Shown here piece after piece: positions 10,444 through 19,585 of a stretch of 64,000 nucleotides of DNA. Positions within the stretch are counted from its first letter, which is position 1. Each line of letters begins with the position of its first letter. The notes beneath the pieces were generated by a model. That model was given only the letters and a program-made list of their open reading frames with translations, ran no database searches and was not told the origin of the DNA. The position numbers were made by a program, and so were the translations under genes. Location of the stretch: assembly GCA_963735805.1 (NCBI GenBank), contig CAVTMK010000002.1, positions 576,001 through 640,000 of the forward strand, in the 5' to 3' direction. The DNA comes from an uncultured Verrucomicrobiae bacterium (GTDB lineage Bacteria > Verrucomicrobiota > Verrucomicrobiia > Chthoniobacterales > UBA10450).

Positions 10444-10968
10444 ATGCCGATTACTGCCTTTAGCAATTTCACCGACGGTCTCGACCCCGATCGAAGGAGT
10501 CGCGAACACTTCATCGCCAATACCAATCTGGAGGACGACGCGCTCTGGGTTCCCTATGCGGATGGCGTCTGGTTTCAGCCGTGCTGCTTTAACGTAACGT
10601 CTGGAGGATTCACCCTCGTTCTGAAAGGTCTTCCCGGCTCGATGGTGGGAACCCATTACCATGTTGGCACTGTTCATGGCTATACGATGCGAGGTCACTG
10701 GCGCTACCTGGAGCATGATTGGATTGCAAAGCCTGGAACGTACATTTACGAGCCAGCTGGCGAAGCGCACACACTGGTTATCACGGAAGATTCACCTGGA
10801 CCAATGATGGCGTTCTTCGTGGTCGAAGGGGGACTTATCTATTTAGATAAACCGACAAACGGCAGCTTCACTGCATATGAGGATGGGTTCACGCTCCTCG
10901 AGCTGACCCGGAAGCATTACCGCGAAGCCGGGCTGGACGTGAGAGAACTGGACGCCCTTATTCGTTGA
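10444..10968 (+). CDS. Cupin, 2,4'-dihydroxyacetophenone dioxygenase/ChrR-like
   Basis: HYHVGTVHGYTMRGHWRYLEHDW...YIYEPAGEAHTL. Confidence 0.8.
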   Translation: MPITAFSNFTDGLDPDRRSREHFIANTNLEDDALWVPYADGVWFQPCCFNVTSGGFTLVLKGLPGSMVGTHYHVGTVHGYTMRGHWRYLEHDWIAKPGTYIYEPAGEAHTLVITEDSPGPMMAFFVVEGGLIYLDKPTNGSFTAYEDGFTLLELTRKHYREAGLDVRELDALIR

Positions 10969-10972
10969 ATGC

Positions 10973-12013
10973 ATGCGAGCGGTACGACTCACGCAAGTCG
11001 GGAAACCGCTTCAGGAAGCGGAGATTGATCGTCCGGAAATTGGTGCGTCGGACGTTTTGATTCGAGTTGCAGCGTCCGGGATCTGCCATTCCGACGAACA
11101 TTATCGCGCCGGCATTTCACGGATTGACCGTTTGCCGGTGACGCTCGGCCACGAAATCGCAGGTTGGATCGAAAAAGCCGGCGGTGATATCAAACATGTC
11201 ACGCGCGGCGATCGGGCCTGCGTGCATTATCTGGCGCACTGCGGGAACTGTGAGTTTTGCGTTCGCGGCCTGGAACAGTTCTGTCGCACCGGAGAAATGA
11301 TCGGCAAACATCGGGATGGGGGATATGCGGAGTTTGTCAAGGTTCCCGGCAGAAATGCATTCGTGCTGCCCGATGAGATTCCGTTCGAGATTGGCGCCAT
11401 CATGATGTGTTCGTCGGCGACGGCGCTTCATGCGCTGAACAAGGCGCGACTTAAGCCGGGTGAATCGATTGCAATATTCGGTTTCGGTGGCCTGGGATTT
11501 TCTGCGTTGCAGTTGGCGCGAGCGTTTGAGTGCGACCAGATCTACGTCGTGGAGATCAATCCGGCCAAACTCGCTTCAGCCAAAATGCTTGGAGCAATCC
11601 CGATTGACGGAGCGAACGGAAATCCGGTCGAACAAATGTCGGACGCAACGAATGGAAAAGGCGTGGATGTCTCGCTGGAGTTGGTCGGATCGGCCAAGAC
11701 GATGCGACAAGCCGTCCAATGTTTGGGTGCGCTAGGTCGCGCGGCGCTTGTCGGGTTAACCGCGGAATCGATATCGATCTCTCCATACACGGAACTGATC
11801 AACAAGGAGGCCGAGATCGTCGGCGTGTCGGACCATCTCGCGGTTGAACTCCCAACGCTGATCGAGTTCGCCCGCAGCGGCAAACTTCGTTTTCCGCCAG
11901 ACACGTTGCGCTTTGTCGATCTCGACGCGGGACAAATCAACGCGTCACTCGACGCATTTCAAAATTCCATTGATCACGCTAGAACGGTAATAAGAGTGGC
12001 CAGTGACGGGTGA
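10973..12013 (+). CDS. Zinc-dependent alcohol dehydrogenase (MDR family)
   Basis: GICHSD, GHE, CxxCxxC-x7-C structural Zn site, GFGGLG. Confidence 0.9.
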   Translation: MRAVRLTQVGKPLQEAEIDRPEIGASDVLIRVAASGICHSDEHYRAGISRIDRLPVTLGHEIAGWIEKAGGDIKHVTRGDRACVHYLAHCGNCEFCVRGLEQFCRTGEMIGKHRDGGYAEFVKVPGRNAFVLPDEIPFEIGAIMMCSSATALHALNKARLKPGESIAIFGFGGLGFSALQLARAFECDQIYVVEINPAKLASAKMLGAIPIDGANGNPVEQMSDATNGKGVDVSLELVGSAKTMRQAVQCLGALGRAALVGLTAESISISPYTELINKEAEIVGVSDHLAVELPTLIEFARSGKLRFPPDTLRFVDLDAGQINASLDAFQNSIDHARTVIRVASDG

Positions 12014-12407
12014 CAACTTAACAGAATTTGCAAAGCGCTATGCCGAAGCCTGGTGCAGTCACCATCCGGAGAATGTCGCAGCCTTGTTCGCCGAGAATGG
12101 CTCATTAAGAGTTAACGATGGTGCACCCGCAGTGGGGCGCGCGGCGATTGCGGAGATCGCGCGAGGCTTCATGCGCGATCTTCCCGACATGATCGTGACT
12201 TTCGACAAGCTTGTGCCGCGCGAAGACGCGACTGCCTTTTATTGGACATTGGATGGTACGAACAGTGAACCGGGCGGAACTGGCAATCGCGTTCGAATAA
12301 ACGGTTACGAAGTTTGGAAGATCGACAACGACGGACTGATCGCTGAATCAAAAGGCCATTTCGACGGCGCCGAGTACGAACGCCAGCTCAAACATGGAGT
12401 CGCATGA
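12003..12407 (+). CDS. SnoaL/NTF2-like protein
   Basis: YAEAW...ALFAENG...GRAAI...GTGNRVRING pattern. Confidence 0.8.
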   Translation: MTGDNLTEFAKRYAEAWCSHHPENVAALFAENGSLRVNDGAPAVGRAAIAEIARGFMRDLPDMIVTFDKLVPREDATAFYWTLDGTNSEPGGTGNRVRINGYEVWKIDNDGLIAESKGHFDGAEYERQLKHGVA

Positions 12408-12922
12408 GTCTTAACGACCTGGCCAATCTCGGACAAGTCATCGGAGCGATTGCCGTGGTGATTTCACTCATCTATGTCGCGTTGCAGATTCGACAAAACA
12501 CAAACGCAGTTCGCTCCGCCACCGCCCAGACTGTACACGAGCACTTTGCGAATTGGTACCAGCTTATTGCCGGCGATGCCGAGCTTTCCCAAATCGCCGC
12601 GAACGGATTGCGAGACTACGCATCGCTTTCGGAGCAGGAAAGAGTTCGATTCATCGCGACTTTTATGTCGTTCCTGTCCTATTCGCAGAACGCGTTTTTG
12701 AAATGGCGCGAAGGATTGCTTAAGCCAGGCCTGTGGCTGGGTTGGGAGCAGGTGATGATGAACCTCTTCGGCGCGGCGGGTGGCAAGGCGTTTTGGAAAG
12801 AGCGGGGTTATCTGTTTGGCGAGGAATTTCGCCGTTACATCGAGGACGATCTTATGTTAAGAGCGCCGCATCCCGACGCGAAACCGCTGGGCGCCTTCAC
12901 CATCGGTCCACGCACGGAATAA
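12404..12922 (+). CDS. Hypothetical protein with N-terminal TM (IYVALQIR family)
   Basis: ATGA overlap with upstream gene; paralogue of 6671..7192. Confidence 0.72.
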   Translation: MSLNDLANLGQVIGAIAVVISLIYVALQIRQNTNAVRSATAQTVHEHFANWYQLIAGDAELSQIAANGLRDYASLSEQERVRFIATFMSFLSYSQNAFLKWREGLLKPGLWLGWEQVMMNLFGAAGGKAFWKERGYLFGEEFRRYIEDDLMLRAPHPDAKPLGAFTIGPRTE

Positions 12923-12946
12923 CTAGCTGGCGTAATCGGCAACGGC

Positions 12947-13020
12947 CTTAGCCACGTCGAGCGTAGAGGCTTCTCCACCCTCGCCACGGCGAGTCCGTGT
13001 CGCCGCGGCGACCGGACATG
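12947..13020. repeat. REP-like palindromic element between convergent genes
   Basis: TAGCCACG...CTCGCCACGGCGAG...GTCGCCGCGGCGAC hairpins related to the 14991 and 40907 elements. Confidence 0.55.
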
Positions 13021-13030
13021 TCGTAGGAAA

Positions 13031-14185
13031 TCAAGTGGCGTAGTCCGCAATCGCCTTCGCAACGTCTAACGTGGAATCCTTGCCACCCATGTCGTATGTG
13101 CGCACCTTGCCTTCCGCGATAACGCGGGCGATCGCGGACTCAAGACGCGTGGCCATTTCAGTTTCTTTAAGCCAATCGAACATCAGCTTCGTTGTTAAAA
13201 GCATCGCGATCGGATTCACCTTGTTTTGACCGGCATATTTGGGAGCCGAGCCATGCGTCGGTTCGAATACTGCGTATTTGTCGCCCAGGTTGGCGCTCGG
13301 TGCGAAGCCAAGACCACCTACGAGTCCTGCGCACAAATCGCTCACGATGTCGCCGAACATGTTTTCCGCCACTAACACAGAGTAATCCTGCGGGTTCTTG
13401 AACATCCACATGCAGATGGCGTCGATGTTTACTTCGTCGGCCCAAATGTCCGGGTAACCCTTTGCTACGTCGCGAAAACAGCGCGTCATCAATCCGCCGG
13501 TCTCGCGCAACACGTTCGGTTTCTCAATCAATGTGACCCGCTTGCGTCCAGTCTTCTTTGCGAATTCGAACGCTTCTTTGCAGATGTTGGTGCATCCCTG
13601 CACGCTCATGATCCGGGTGGAGAGCGCAATATTTTCCAGACCAGCCTTGTCCTTCCACTTCTTCATTTTTGGATTTGCGCACAGCGCCGTGTAAACCGAC
13701 TCGGGCAGCGGGAAAAACTCCACGCCGCCGTACATGCCCTCGGTGTTTTCTCGAAACACCACCTGATCGATTGGCACGTCCGCGCCGCTCGGATTTGTGA
13801 TCTTGTTGCCGCGATAATTCAGCGGATTCCCTGGGTAACTTTTACATGGCCGCATGTTCGTGTGGAGATGGAACAGCTGCCGCAGTCCCACGATCGGCGA
13901 GAAATAGCTCAACCCTTTTCCCTGGAGTTCCGGACTCAGTTCTTCTTTTGCCTTGTCTTGTGGTTTACTGGTGATCGCGCCGAATAGCGCACACGTGGTG
14001 CCTTGGAGCGCCTTAACCGTACGATCCGGAAGCGCGTTACCTTCGGTGCACCAAAATTCCCAGCCGATATCGCAAGGCACGTACTCGGCATCAAACTTCA
14101 TCCGGTCGAGAACGATCCGCGTCGCCTCCATCACGTCGTTTCCAACGCCGTCGCCCGGCATCCACGCAATTCTATACTTGGCCAT
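13031..14185 (-). CDS. Isocitrate/isopropylmalate dehydrogenase family, probable homoisocitrate dehydrogenase
   Basis: PGDGVG, RENTEGMY, NMFGDIVSD, FEPTHGSAPKYAG; next to homoaconitase. Confidence 0.85.
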   Translation of the reverse strand: MAKYRIAWMPGDGVGNDVMEATRIVLDRMKFDAEYVPCDIGWEFWCTEGNALPDRTVKALQGTTCALFGAITSKPQDKAKEELSPELQGKGLSYFSPIVGLRQLFHLHTNMRPCKSYPGNPLNYRGNKITNPSGADVPIDQVVFRENTEGMYGGVEFFPLPESVYTALCANPKMKKWKDKAGLENIALSTRIMSVQGCTNICKEAFEFAKKTGRKRVTLIEKPNVLRETGGLMTRCFRDVAKGYPDIWADEVNIDAICMWMFKNPQDYSVLVAENMFGDIVSDLCAGLVGGLGFAPSANLGDKYAVFEPTHGSAPKYAGQNKVNPIAMLLTTKLMFDWLKETEMATRLESAIARVIAEGKVRTYDMGGKDSTLDVAKAIADYAT

Positions 14186-14231
14186 AGGAAGGCGACTTTA
14201 CCGGGTCGGCTGGCTGCTGCAAGGGGTGTGT

Positions 14232-14975
14232 GGTCACAAATTGTGATCGCATCCAAATGCCACCCGACAATTGATATCTTCTCGACGCTTGATTAGGAGA
14301 GAACGATAAACCGTTGTGGTCAGCCGTATGAGAAACCAGCCCCCAAACGTTAGAATTCTGACCATCCGTGAACAGAAGGTGGTGCTCGATAGCGATCTCG
14401 CTGCGGTTTACGGCGTGCCCACGAGGCGTCTCAATGAACAGTTTCGACGCAATCGGAAGCGTTTTCCCGAAGACTTCGCCTTTCAACTCACCGCTGAGGA
14501 ATTCGCAGCTTTAACGTCGCAAATTGCGACCTTGGACGAAGGCCGATCAAACAGGGAACCCATCCGGTCGCAATCTGCGACCGGATCCAGCCGTTCGCAG
14601 TCCATGCGGTCGCAAATTGCGACCGCATCCCGGCGAAACATCCGGTATCGTCCATGGGTGTTCACCGAACACGGCGCTCTCCAGGCCGCAAACGTACTGC
14701 GAAGTGATCGTGCCATCGCGATGAGCGTGTATGTGATTCGCGCGTTCATCGAGCAGCGTGAAAAACTGGCGGCAAATGCGGCGATTCTAAAGCGACTAGC
14801 CGAGATCGACAGGACGTTATTGGAACACGACACCGCGCTGCGGGAGATTTATCAAAAACTACTGCCGCTTCTCGCGCCTCCGCCAGAACCTCCGCGCCGG
14901 CAAATCGGATTCAATGCTTCATCATAGGCGCGGTCACCCAGCGCTTTCGAGCCATGTGGTCGCAAATTGCGACCA
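14232..14975. repeat. Five GTC(G/A)CA-N3-TG(C/T)GA(C/T) palindromes in and around the ORF6N gene
   Basis: Copies at 14232-14248, 14516-14530, 14562-14586, 14604-14628 and 14957-14975. Confidence 0.85.
14328..14927 (+). CDS. ORF6N domain DNA-binding protein
   Basis: IREQKVVLDSDLAAVYGV...RNRKRFPEDFAFQLT...FTEHG; C-terminal coiled coil and RRQIGF. Confidence 0.88.
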   Translation: MRNQPPNVRILTIREQKVVLDSDLAAVYGVPTRRLNEQFRRNRKRFPEDFAFQLTAEEFAALTSQIATLDEGRSNREPIRSQSATGSSRSQSMRSQIATASRRNIRYRPWVFTEHGALQAANVLRSDRAIAMSVYVIRAFIEQREKLAANAAILKRLAEIDRTLLEHDTALREIYQKLLPLLAPPPEPPRRQIGFNASS

Positions 14976-14990
14976 GTGGAGCCGTTTACT

Positions 14991-15082
14991 CTAGCCACGG
15001 CGCTGTGTCGCCGTGCTGGGGAGCAGCCCGTAAGAAACGCCTCGACGCTCGCCACAGCGAGTAAACTCTGAGGCGACTACAA
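14991..15082. repeat. REP-like element (GTAG-type), inverted relative of 40907..40982
   Basis: TAGCCACGGCGCTGTGTCGCCG is the reverse complement of CGGCGACACAGCGCCGTGGCTA at about 40958-40979. Confidence 0.7.
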
Positions 15083-15160
15083 CACGAACATCTTGCACCA
15101 AAAGAGATCGGGAGGACGAGGGTGCTTTCGCCAGGTCGCCGCGGCGACCGCTATTCACAG

Positions 15161-17146
15161 TTACGTCGCTCCTGGCTTTGCGCGAAGCCGGCTAGCCACC
15201 AGATTTTCGGCGCCGCCGGCGACGATCAACTCCTGCGCGGCTGGACTCAGCGGCGGGAACGAGAATGATTTTCCATCGACACTCAGGATTGATTTAGCGT
15301 AATCGATCGCGATTTCCGGCCCGACCGTAGTGGCCGCGCGGTTAGTGAGCGCTGCACGAAGATGCGTTACTAACTCGGGACATTCGAACACCACGAACCC
15401 GTTATTGAATGCGTTCCGCTTGTAAGTTTCCGAGAAGCTGCCGGCAATCACGCAGGGAATTCCTTTATACTTCAGTGCGGTGGCAGCTTGTTCGCGACTC
15501 GAGCCGGTGCCGAAATTGAATCCGGCGACAACGACATCGCCTTTTTGATAAAGCGCGTTGAAATTCGGGTCGTAATTTTCAAATGTAACCGCCGCCATTT
15601 GTTCGGGCGTCATGTCGTCGCGGTAAGTATGTTTGCCGGCGTAAATGCCGTCGGTATTTAGATTGTCTTTGTCGATAAAGAGAACCCGACCGCGGACGCT
15701 GGACGGGAAACCGTCCATGATCTTCACCGATCCTGCCGGTCTTGATTTCTTTTCCGGTCGTCGGACCGCAGTGCCGGCCAGACGCTCATTGAAATTTGTT
15801 GGCGCGCAAATGAATCCGGCCAGGGCGCTGGCGGCGACAACAGCAGGCGAGGCGAGATAAACCAACGCTTCGCGGTCGCCCATGCGCCCCTTGAAATTGC
15901 GATTGGTCGCGCTGATCGCGGTCTCGCCTTTTTGCACCAACCCGCGCCCGAGTCCGATGCATGCGCCGCAACCGGGCGGGAGCGGAATCGCACCGGCGCC
16001 CAGAAGAGTTTCCCAGTCCCCGTTCGATTCCGATCTGGCCTGCACCTCGGCACTGGCGGGAGCGAGGTAAAATTCCACACCGTCGGCAACGCGTCCGCCC
16101 CGCGCGCGCACCACTTCTGCCGCGTCGTGCAAATCTTCGAAGCGCGCGTTCACGCACGAGAGCAGGTAGGCCTTTTGAATTGGCACCCGTTTCTGTTCCA
16201 TCTCCGGCAACGACACCATCGTTTTGACTTCGTTAGGTCCGGACACGTGAGGAACCACAGTCGCGAGATCCAGCTCCAGCTCGATCGCGTACTCGGCGTC
16301 GGAGTCGGCGTTGAGATCGGTTCGATTTTTCCACCATTCGTCAATATCGGTGTTTGTATAACCGGAGCGGCTTTTCGAACTGCGCGTCCCGGGGCGTTTT
16401 GGATTGGAAAATTCAGGGACACGCGAACGCAAATAGTTCACCGTCACTTCATCAAATGGAAACACGCCTGCCAGTGCGCCCCATTCGGTAGTCATGTTGG
16501 CAATGGTCATTCGCGCGGACATTGGAAGATTTGTTACCCCATCACCGACGAATTCAACGGCGTGATTGAGTACTTCGTCTTTGTTGAACAGTCCGCATAA
16601 CGCGATGATCACGTCCTTCCCGACCACGCCCGGGGAAAGGCTTCCCTTGAGAACTACCTTTGCTATTGGTGGAACCTGCCACCACGTAACGCCGGTCGCC
16701 CAAATACTTGCAGCATCGGTCCGCACAACCGGCGTGCCCAGGGCGGCCATCGCGCCATAGAGATTCGAGTGCGAATCGCTGGCCACTACCATGGCGCCGG
16801 GAACAACGTAGCCTTGTTCCACCATCACCTGGTGCGAAATACCGGTGCCCGCCGGGTAGAAATCGATACCATGCTCGCGAGCGAACGCCTCGATCTTCGC
16901 GTACTTGGCCAGGTTTTCAGGCGAAGTATTTTGGATGTCGTGATCGATCGCAAAGACTGGCTGTGCCGGATCTGCGATGGTAGTCGCGCCGATCTGCTTG
17001 AACTTCGGGATTACCGCACCCGTGTTGTCATGTGTCATTACATGGCGCGGTCGGATCGAAATGAAATCGCCACTGCGAACCGCCGTGTCCGGCGCAAGTC
17101 CATCCGCATGTCTCGCGGCAATCTTCTCAGCCAGCGTCACACCCAT
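15161..17146 (-). CDS. lysF: Homoaconitase, single-chain fungal Lys4/LysF type
   Basis: MTHDN, DHDIQN, ASDSHSN, GTPVVRTDAASIWATG, SCVN, CGACIG, NRNFKGRMG and fused swivel domain (NTDGIY, GSSREQAA). Confidence 0.85.
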   Translation of the reverse strand: MGVTLAEKIAARHADGLAPDTAVRSGDFISIRPRHVMTHDNTGAVIPKFKQIGATTIADPAQPVFAIDHDIQNTSPENLAKYAKIEAFAREHGIDFYPAGTGISHQVMVEQGYVVPGAMVVASDSHSNLYGAMAALGTPVVRTDAASIWATGVTWWQVPPIAKVVLKGSLSPGVVGKDVIIALCGLFNKDEVLNHAVEFVGDGVTNLPMSARMTIANMTTEWGALAGVFPFDEVTVNYLRSRVPEFSNPKRPGTRSSKSRSGYTNTDIDEWWKNRTDLNADSDAEYAIELELDLATVVPHVSGPNEVKTMVSLPEMEQKRVPIQKAYLLSCVNARFEDLHDAAEVVRARGGRVADGVEFYLAPASAEVQARSESNGDWETLLGAGAIPLPPGCGACIGLGRGLVQKGETAISATNRNFKGRMGDREALVYLASPAVVAASALAGFICAPTNFNERLAGTAVRRPEKKSRPAGSVKIMDGFPSSVRGRVLFIDKDNLNTDGIYAGKHTYRDDMTPEQMAAVTFENYDPNFNALYQKGDVVVAGFNFGTGSSREQAATALKYKGIPCVIAGSFSETYKRNAFNNGFVVFECPELVTHLRAALTNRAATTVGPEIAIDYAKSILSVDGKSFSFPPLSPAAQELIVAGGAENLVASRLRAKPGAT

Positions 17147-17354
17147 ATGGTCCTATCTTAAGGTCCTTCCCATAGATGCGTTTGAATAGCAGACGCCGCC
17201 TTTCTGTTTCTGACAAGGTTTTCGGGAGAGATGCCTCCACAATCTCACGCGCGCTATCGAACATTTCCGCTCCCATGATGAAACGTTCCTCGCCCGGGCG
17301 CGCCATGATCTTGTTGCGCATCATTTGTTCGATTTCCGGTCGTGTGTCGGTCAC
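17127..17354 (-). CDS. Small hypothetical protein, partner of the nucleotidyltransferase (possible antitoxin-like)
   Basis: TDTRPEIEQM...EERFIMG...RIYG; GTG start overlaps the upstream stop; 3' end overlaps the lysF start. Confidence 0.65.
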   Translation of the reverse strand: MTDTRPEIEQMMRNKIMARPGEERFIMGAEMFDSAREIVEASLPKTLSETERRRLLFKRIYGKDLKIGPYGCDAG

Positions 17355-17887
17355 TTGAGGCATGCGTCTAACAAATTAACTAATTCCAACTCGCGCGTCC
17401 AGCGCGTCAGGTATTGCGCGTCATAGCCGGTCCCCAGAAGGTTTCGCACATCGCCAAGCTGTATTTCGGAGCGGGAATCTTTCGCCCAGACCAACTTGGA
17501 GATGATGAGATCTTCTTTGCTCACAATGAACGTTGTAAAATCGCGGATTGAAATCTTCCGGCGTCGCTGGAACTCCGTTTTTCGGTATTCGCTGCTTTTG
17601 TGAATGATGCAATCCACTTTGATTACGCTTTCCTCGTGAATCAGGTTAAAGATCGATTCGTGTGCGAGGGATTCGCGAATATTTTCCTCGCTTACGTAAT
17701 AGTCTGGCCGGAATAACGCAACCACGCGGTCAACATCATTCGGTGAAATCGCGACGACCACGTCAATATCACGAGTCATGCGCGGCTGAGCGTAATAATT
17801 CATAGCCATGGATCCAGTAAGCATGTACGGGATGGAGGCTCGCTCGAATCGTCGTGAAATGTCTCTTACGATGTCGATCTCATTCAT
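17351..17887 (-). CDS. Nucleotidyltransferase-fold protein (DUF6036/AbiEii-like)
   Basis: YMLTGSMA...PRMTRDIDVV (GS, DxD) and EDLIISKL motifs. Confidence 0.75.
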   Translation of the reverse strand: MNEIDIVRDISRRFERASIPYMLTGSMAMNYYAQPRMTRDIDVVVAISPNDVDRVVALFRPDYYVSEENIRESLAHESIFNLIHEESVIKVDCIIHKSSEYRKTEFQRRRKISIRDFTTFIVSKEDLIISKLVWAKDSRSEIQLGDVRNLLGTGYDAQYLTRWTRELELVNLLDACLK

Positions 17888-17913
17888 GCAAACCGCCTGA
17901 AACGACCAACGAC

Positions 17914-18801
17914 TTAGAGCTTTTTGGCCGCGCGCTTGCCCAACAGTTTTGCGATATCAAAGTCCACGAAATCGGCGTGATGGAAAATGATCGACTCGAT
18001 GGAGCGCTCTACTTTGTCGCCTTCGTGACTGTGTGTGGCGATGATATGCAGAACTTCTCCGGGGATCCCATGCTTGTGCGCCAGCGCAACGCCGCTGAAT
18101 GGGTGACGTAATTGCTGCCCAAATTTTCCCTGAACGACTTTTCCGGACGCGTCCTTGTCGTACTCGAGCGGTTTGCCCACGTCCGCCAGCAATGAGCCGG
18201 CGATGAGATAATCGCGCTGGATCGGGATCCCGCACCGGAACGATTTCTCCAGCACGTCGGCGATGGCGATGCATTGCCGCGCACAGGAGTTGAGATGCTC
18301 CACAAAGGTCATGTCAATATCGCCGGCCAGCAGCGTGAACTTTACCGCGCGGAGCTCGTCAAAGGTCCATCCTTTCCCTTCGCAGCCTGTGGTAATCGCT
18401 TCGTTCCACACTGACGCGACTTTTTCGCGCAGCGATTTGTCTTTGATCCTCTTCAAGCTGGGAAAGAGCTGCGCAATTTGAGTGACGCCGTACTGGGTTC
18501 CTTCGGTTTTCATGATGATCGCATTTGATTTCACCTGGTATTTTTCAGGTTTTGAAGACGTTCTTTCTATCGTTTTTCTAGCTTCCAGATCGAGTTTAAC
18601 GGTTTCGCCGTACCAACTAATGTTCCCTGAAAACTTGTTCCTTAGGCTTTTATTGAGCTCCCTGAATAACTCTGCGTGAGTGAGCTGCCTTTTTTTCAAA
18701 GCCGATAGGATGGCTTTCTTAAGCGTTTCGTACTTTCGTTTGCTGATATTTTTCCCGCTTTTACCCAGCGGGTGTTTAGTAAGGATTTTTTCGTCTGCCA
18801 T
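17914..18801 (-). CDS. HD-superfamily phosphohydrolase with N-terminal basic wHTH-like (DUF6958-like) segment; possibly two genes fused
   Basis: EH...LLADVGK...RHPFSG...HSHEG...HHAD; N-terminal 91 aa WYGETVKLDLEAR; internal ATG at 18513. Confidence 0.72.
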   Translation of the reverse strand: MADEKILTKHPLGKSGKNISKRKYETLKKAILSALKKRQLTHAELFRELNKSLRNKFSGNISWYGETVKLDLEARKTIERTSSKPEKYQVKSNAIIMKTEGTQYGVTQIAQLFPSLKRIKDKSLREKVASVWNEAITTGCEGKGWTFDELRAVKFTLLAGDIDMTFVEHLNSCARQCIAIADVLEKSFRCGIPIQRDYLIAGSLLADVGKPLEYDKDASGKVVQGKFGQQLRHPFSGVALAHKHGIPGEVLHIIATHSHEGDKVERSIESIIFHHADFVDFDIAKLLGKRAAKKL

Positions 18802-18972
18802 TGCGATCTTCGCTCCAAATACGTGTCTCCAAGCGCGGATTTATTCCGCTGAACTCAAAAGCATGCCTTTGGGAAGGCTGTCGTCAATTCAGATCGGCTC
18901 CGCGGGGTTGAATTGTAGCTTGTTTAATGCAGACTTCTCAGCGTTGCCCGCAAAGCGGAAGCATCGAAACTC

Positions 18973-19323
18973 ATGCCAACCTACGAGTATTCCTGCGAAA
19001 AGTGCGGCCAGAACTTCGACGCATTCCAGTCGATGCGTGACGAACCGTTCCGGGAATGCCCGAAAGACCTTTGCCGCTTGCCAGAGTGGGGCCACGGAAA
19101 AGTGAAACGGTTACTCGGTACCGGCGCGGGTCTGATCTTCAAAGGATCGGGATTTTATACCACGGATTATCGTAGTGATTCCTACAAGGAAGCAGCCAAA
19201 AAGGAATCACCCGCCACCTCATCCGGCGGAGAGAAATCCGCCGCGCCTAAGGAATCCTCGAAAGGTTCGTCGCCTGCTCAAACCAAGGCATCCGAGAAAA
19301 AGCCAACTAAAGAAGCTGGCTGA
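18973..19323 (+). CDS. FmdB-family zinc-ribbon protein
   Basis: MPTYEYSCEKCG...CP...FKGSGFYTTDY. Confidence 0.88.
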   Translation: MPTYEYSCEKCGQNFDAFQSMRDEPFRECPKDLCRLPEWGHGKVKRLLGTGAGLIFKGSGFYTTDYRSDSYKEAAKKESPATSSGGEKSAAPKESSKGSSPAQTKASEKKPTKEAG

Positions 19324-19372
19324 TCAGTTGTGCTACCAAAACTCGCTAGCGTTGCTCAGCAATCAAATGATA

Positions 19373-19479
19373 GGTGGATCGCCTTGTCCTCAAGGCGATG
19401 GCACATGATTTGGCGGTGCAAATTTCAGGTGGCTACGCCGCATGTTTTGAGCAACGGGTTGAGAACAACGCGTTCCATC
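19373..19479. repeat. REP-like paired palindromes
   Basis: GGTGGATCGCCTTGTCCTCAAGGCGAT ... GTTGAGAACAACGCGTTCCATC. Confidence 0.5.
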
Positions 19480-19585
19480 GACGCCAAAAGACTACCTGAT
19501 TGTTACGAAATTACGCTTTTGTAATTGCTTGACAGGAATGCAGCGCGCGGTGTTAAAGGGGAAGGCGGCATTCTCGCCGCCATTT

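Noticed and set aside
14658..14672. TGTTCACCGAACA inside ORF6N as a LexA box
   Set aside because: The spacer is 3 nt rather than 4, and it encodes the conserved VFTEH peptide.
14328..14927. ORF6N as evidence of a prophage
   Set aside because: No phage structural, replication or integrase genes nearby.
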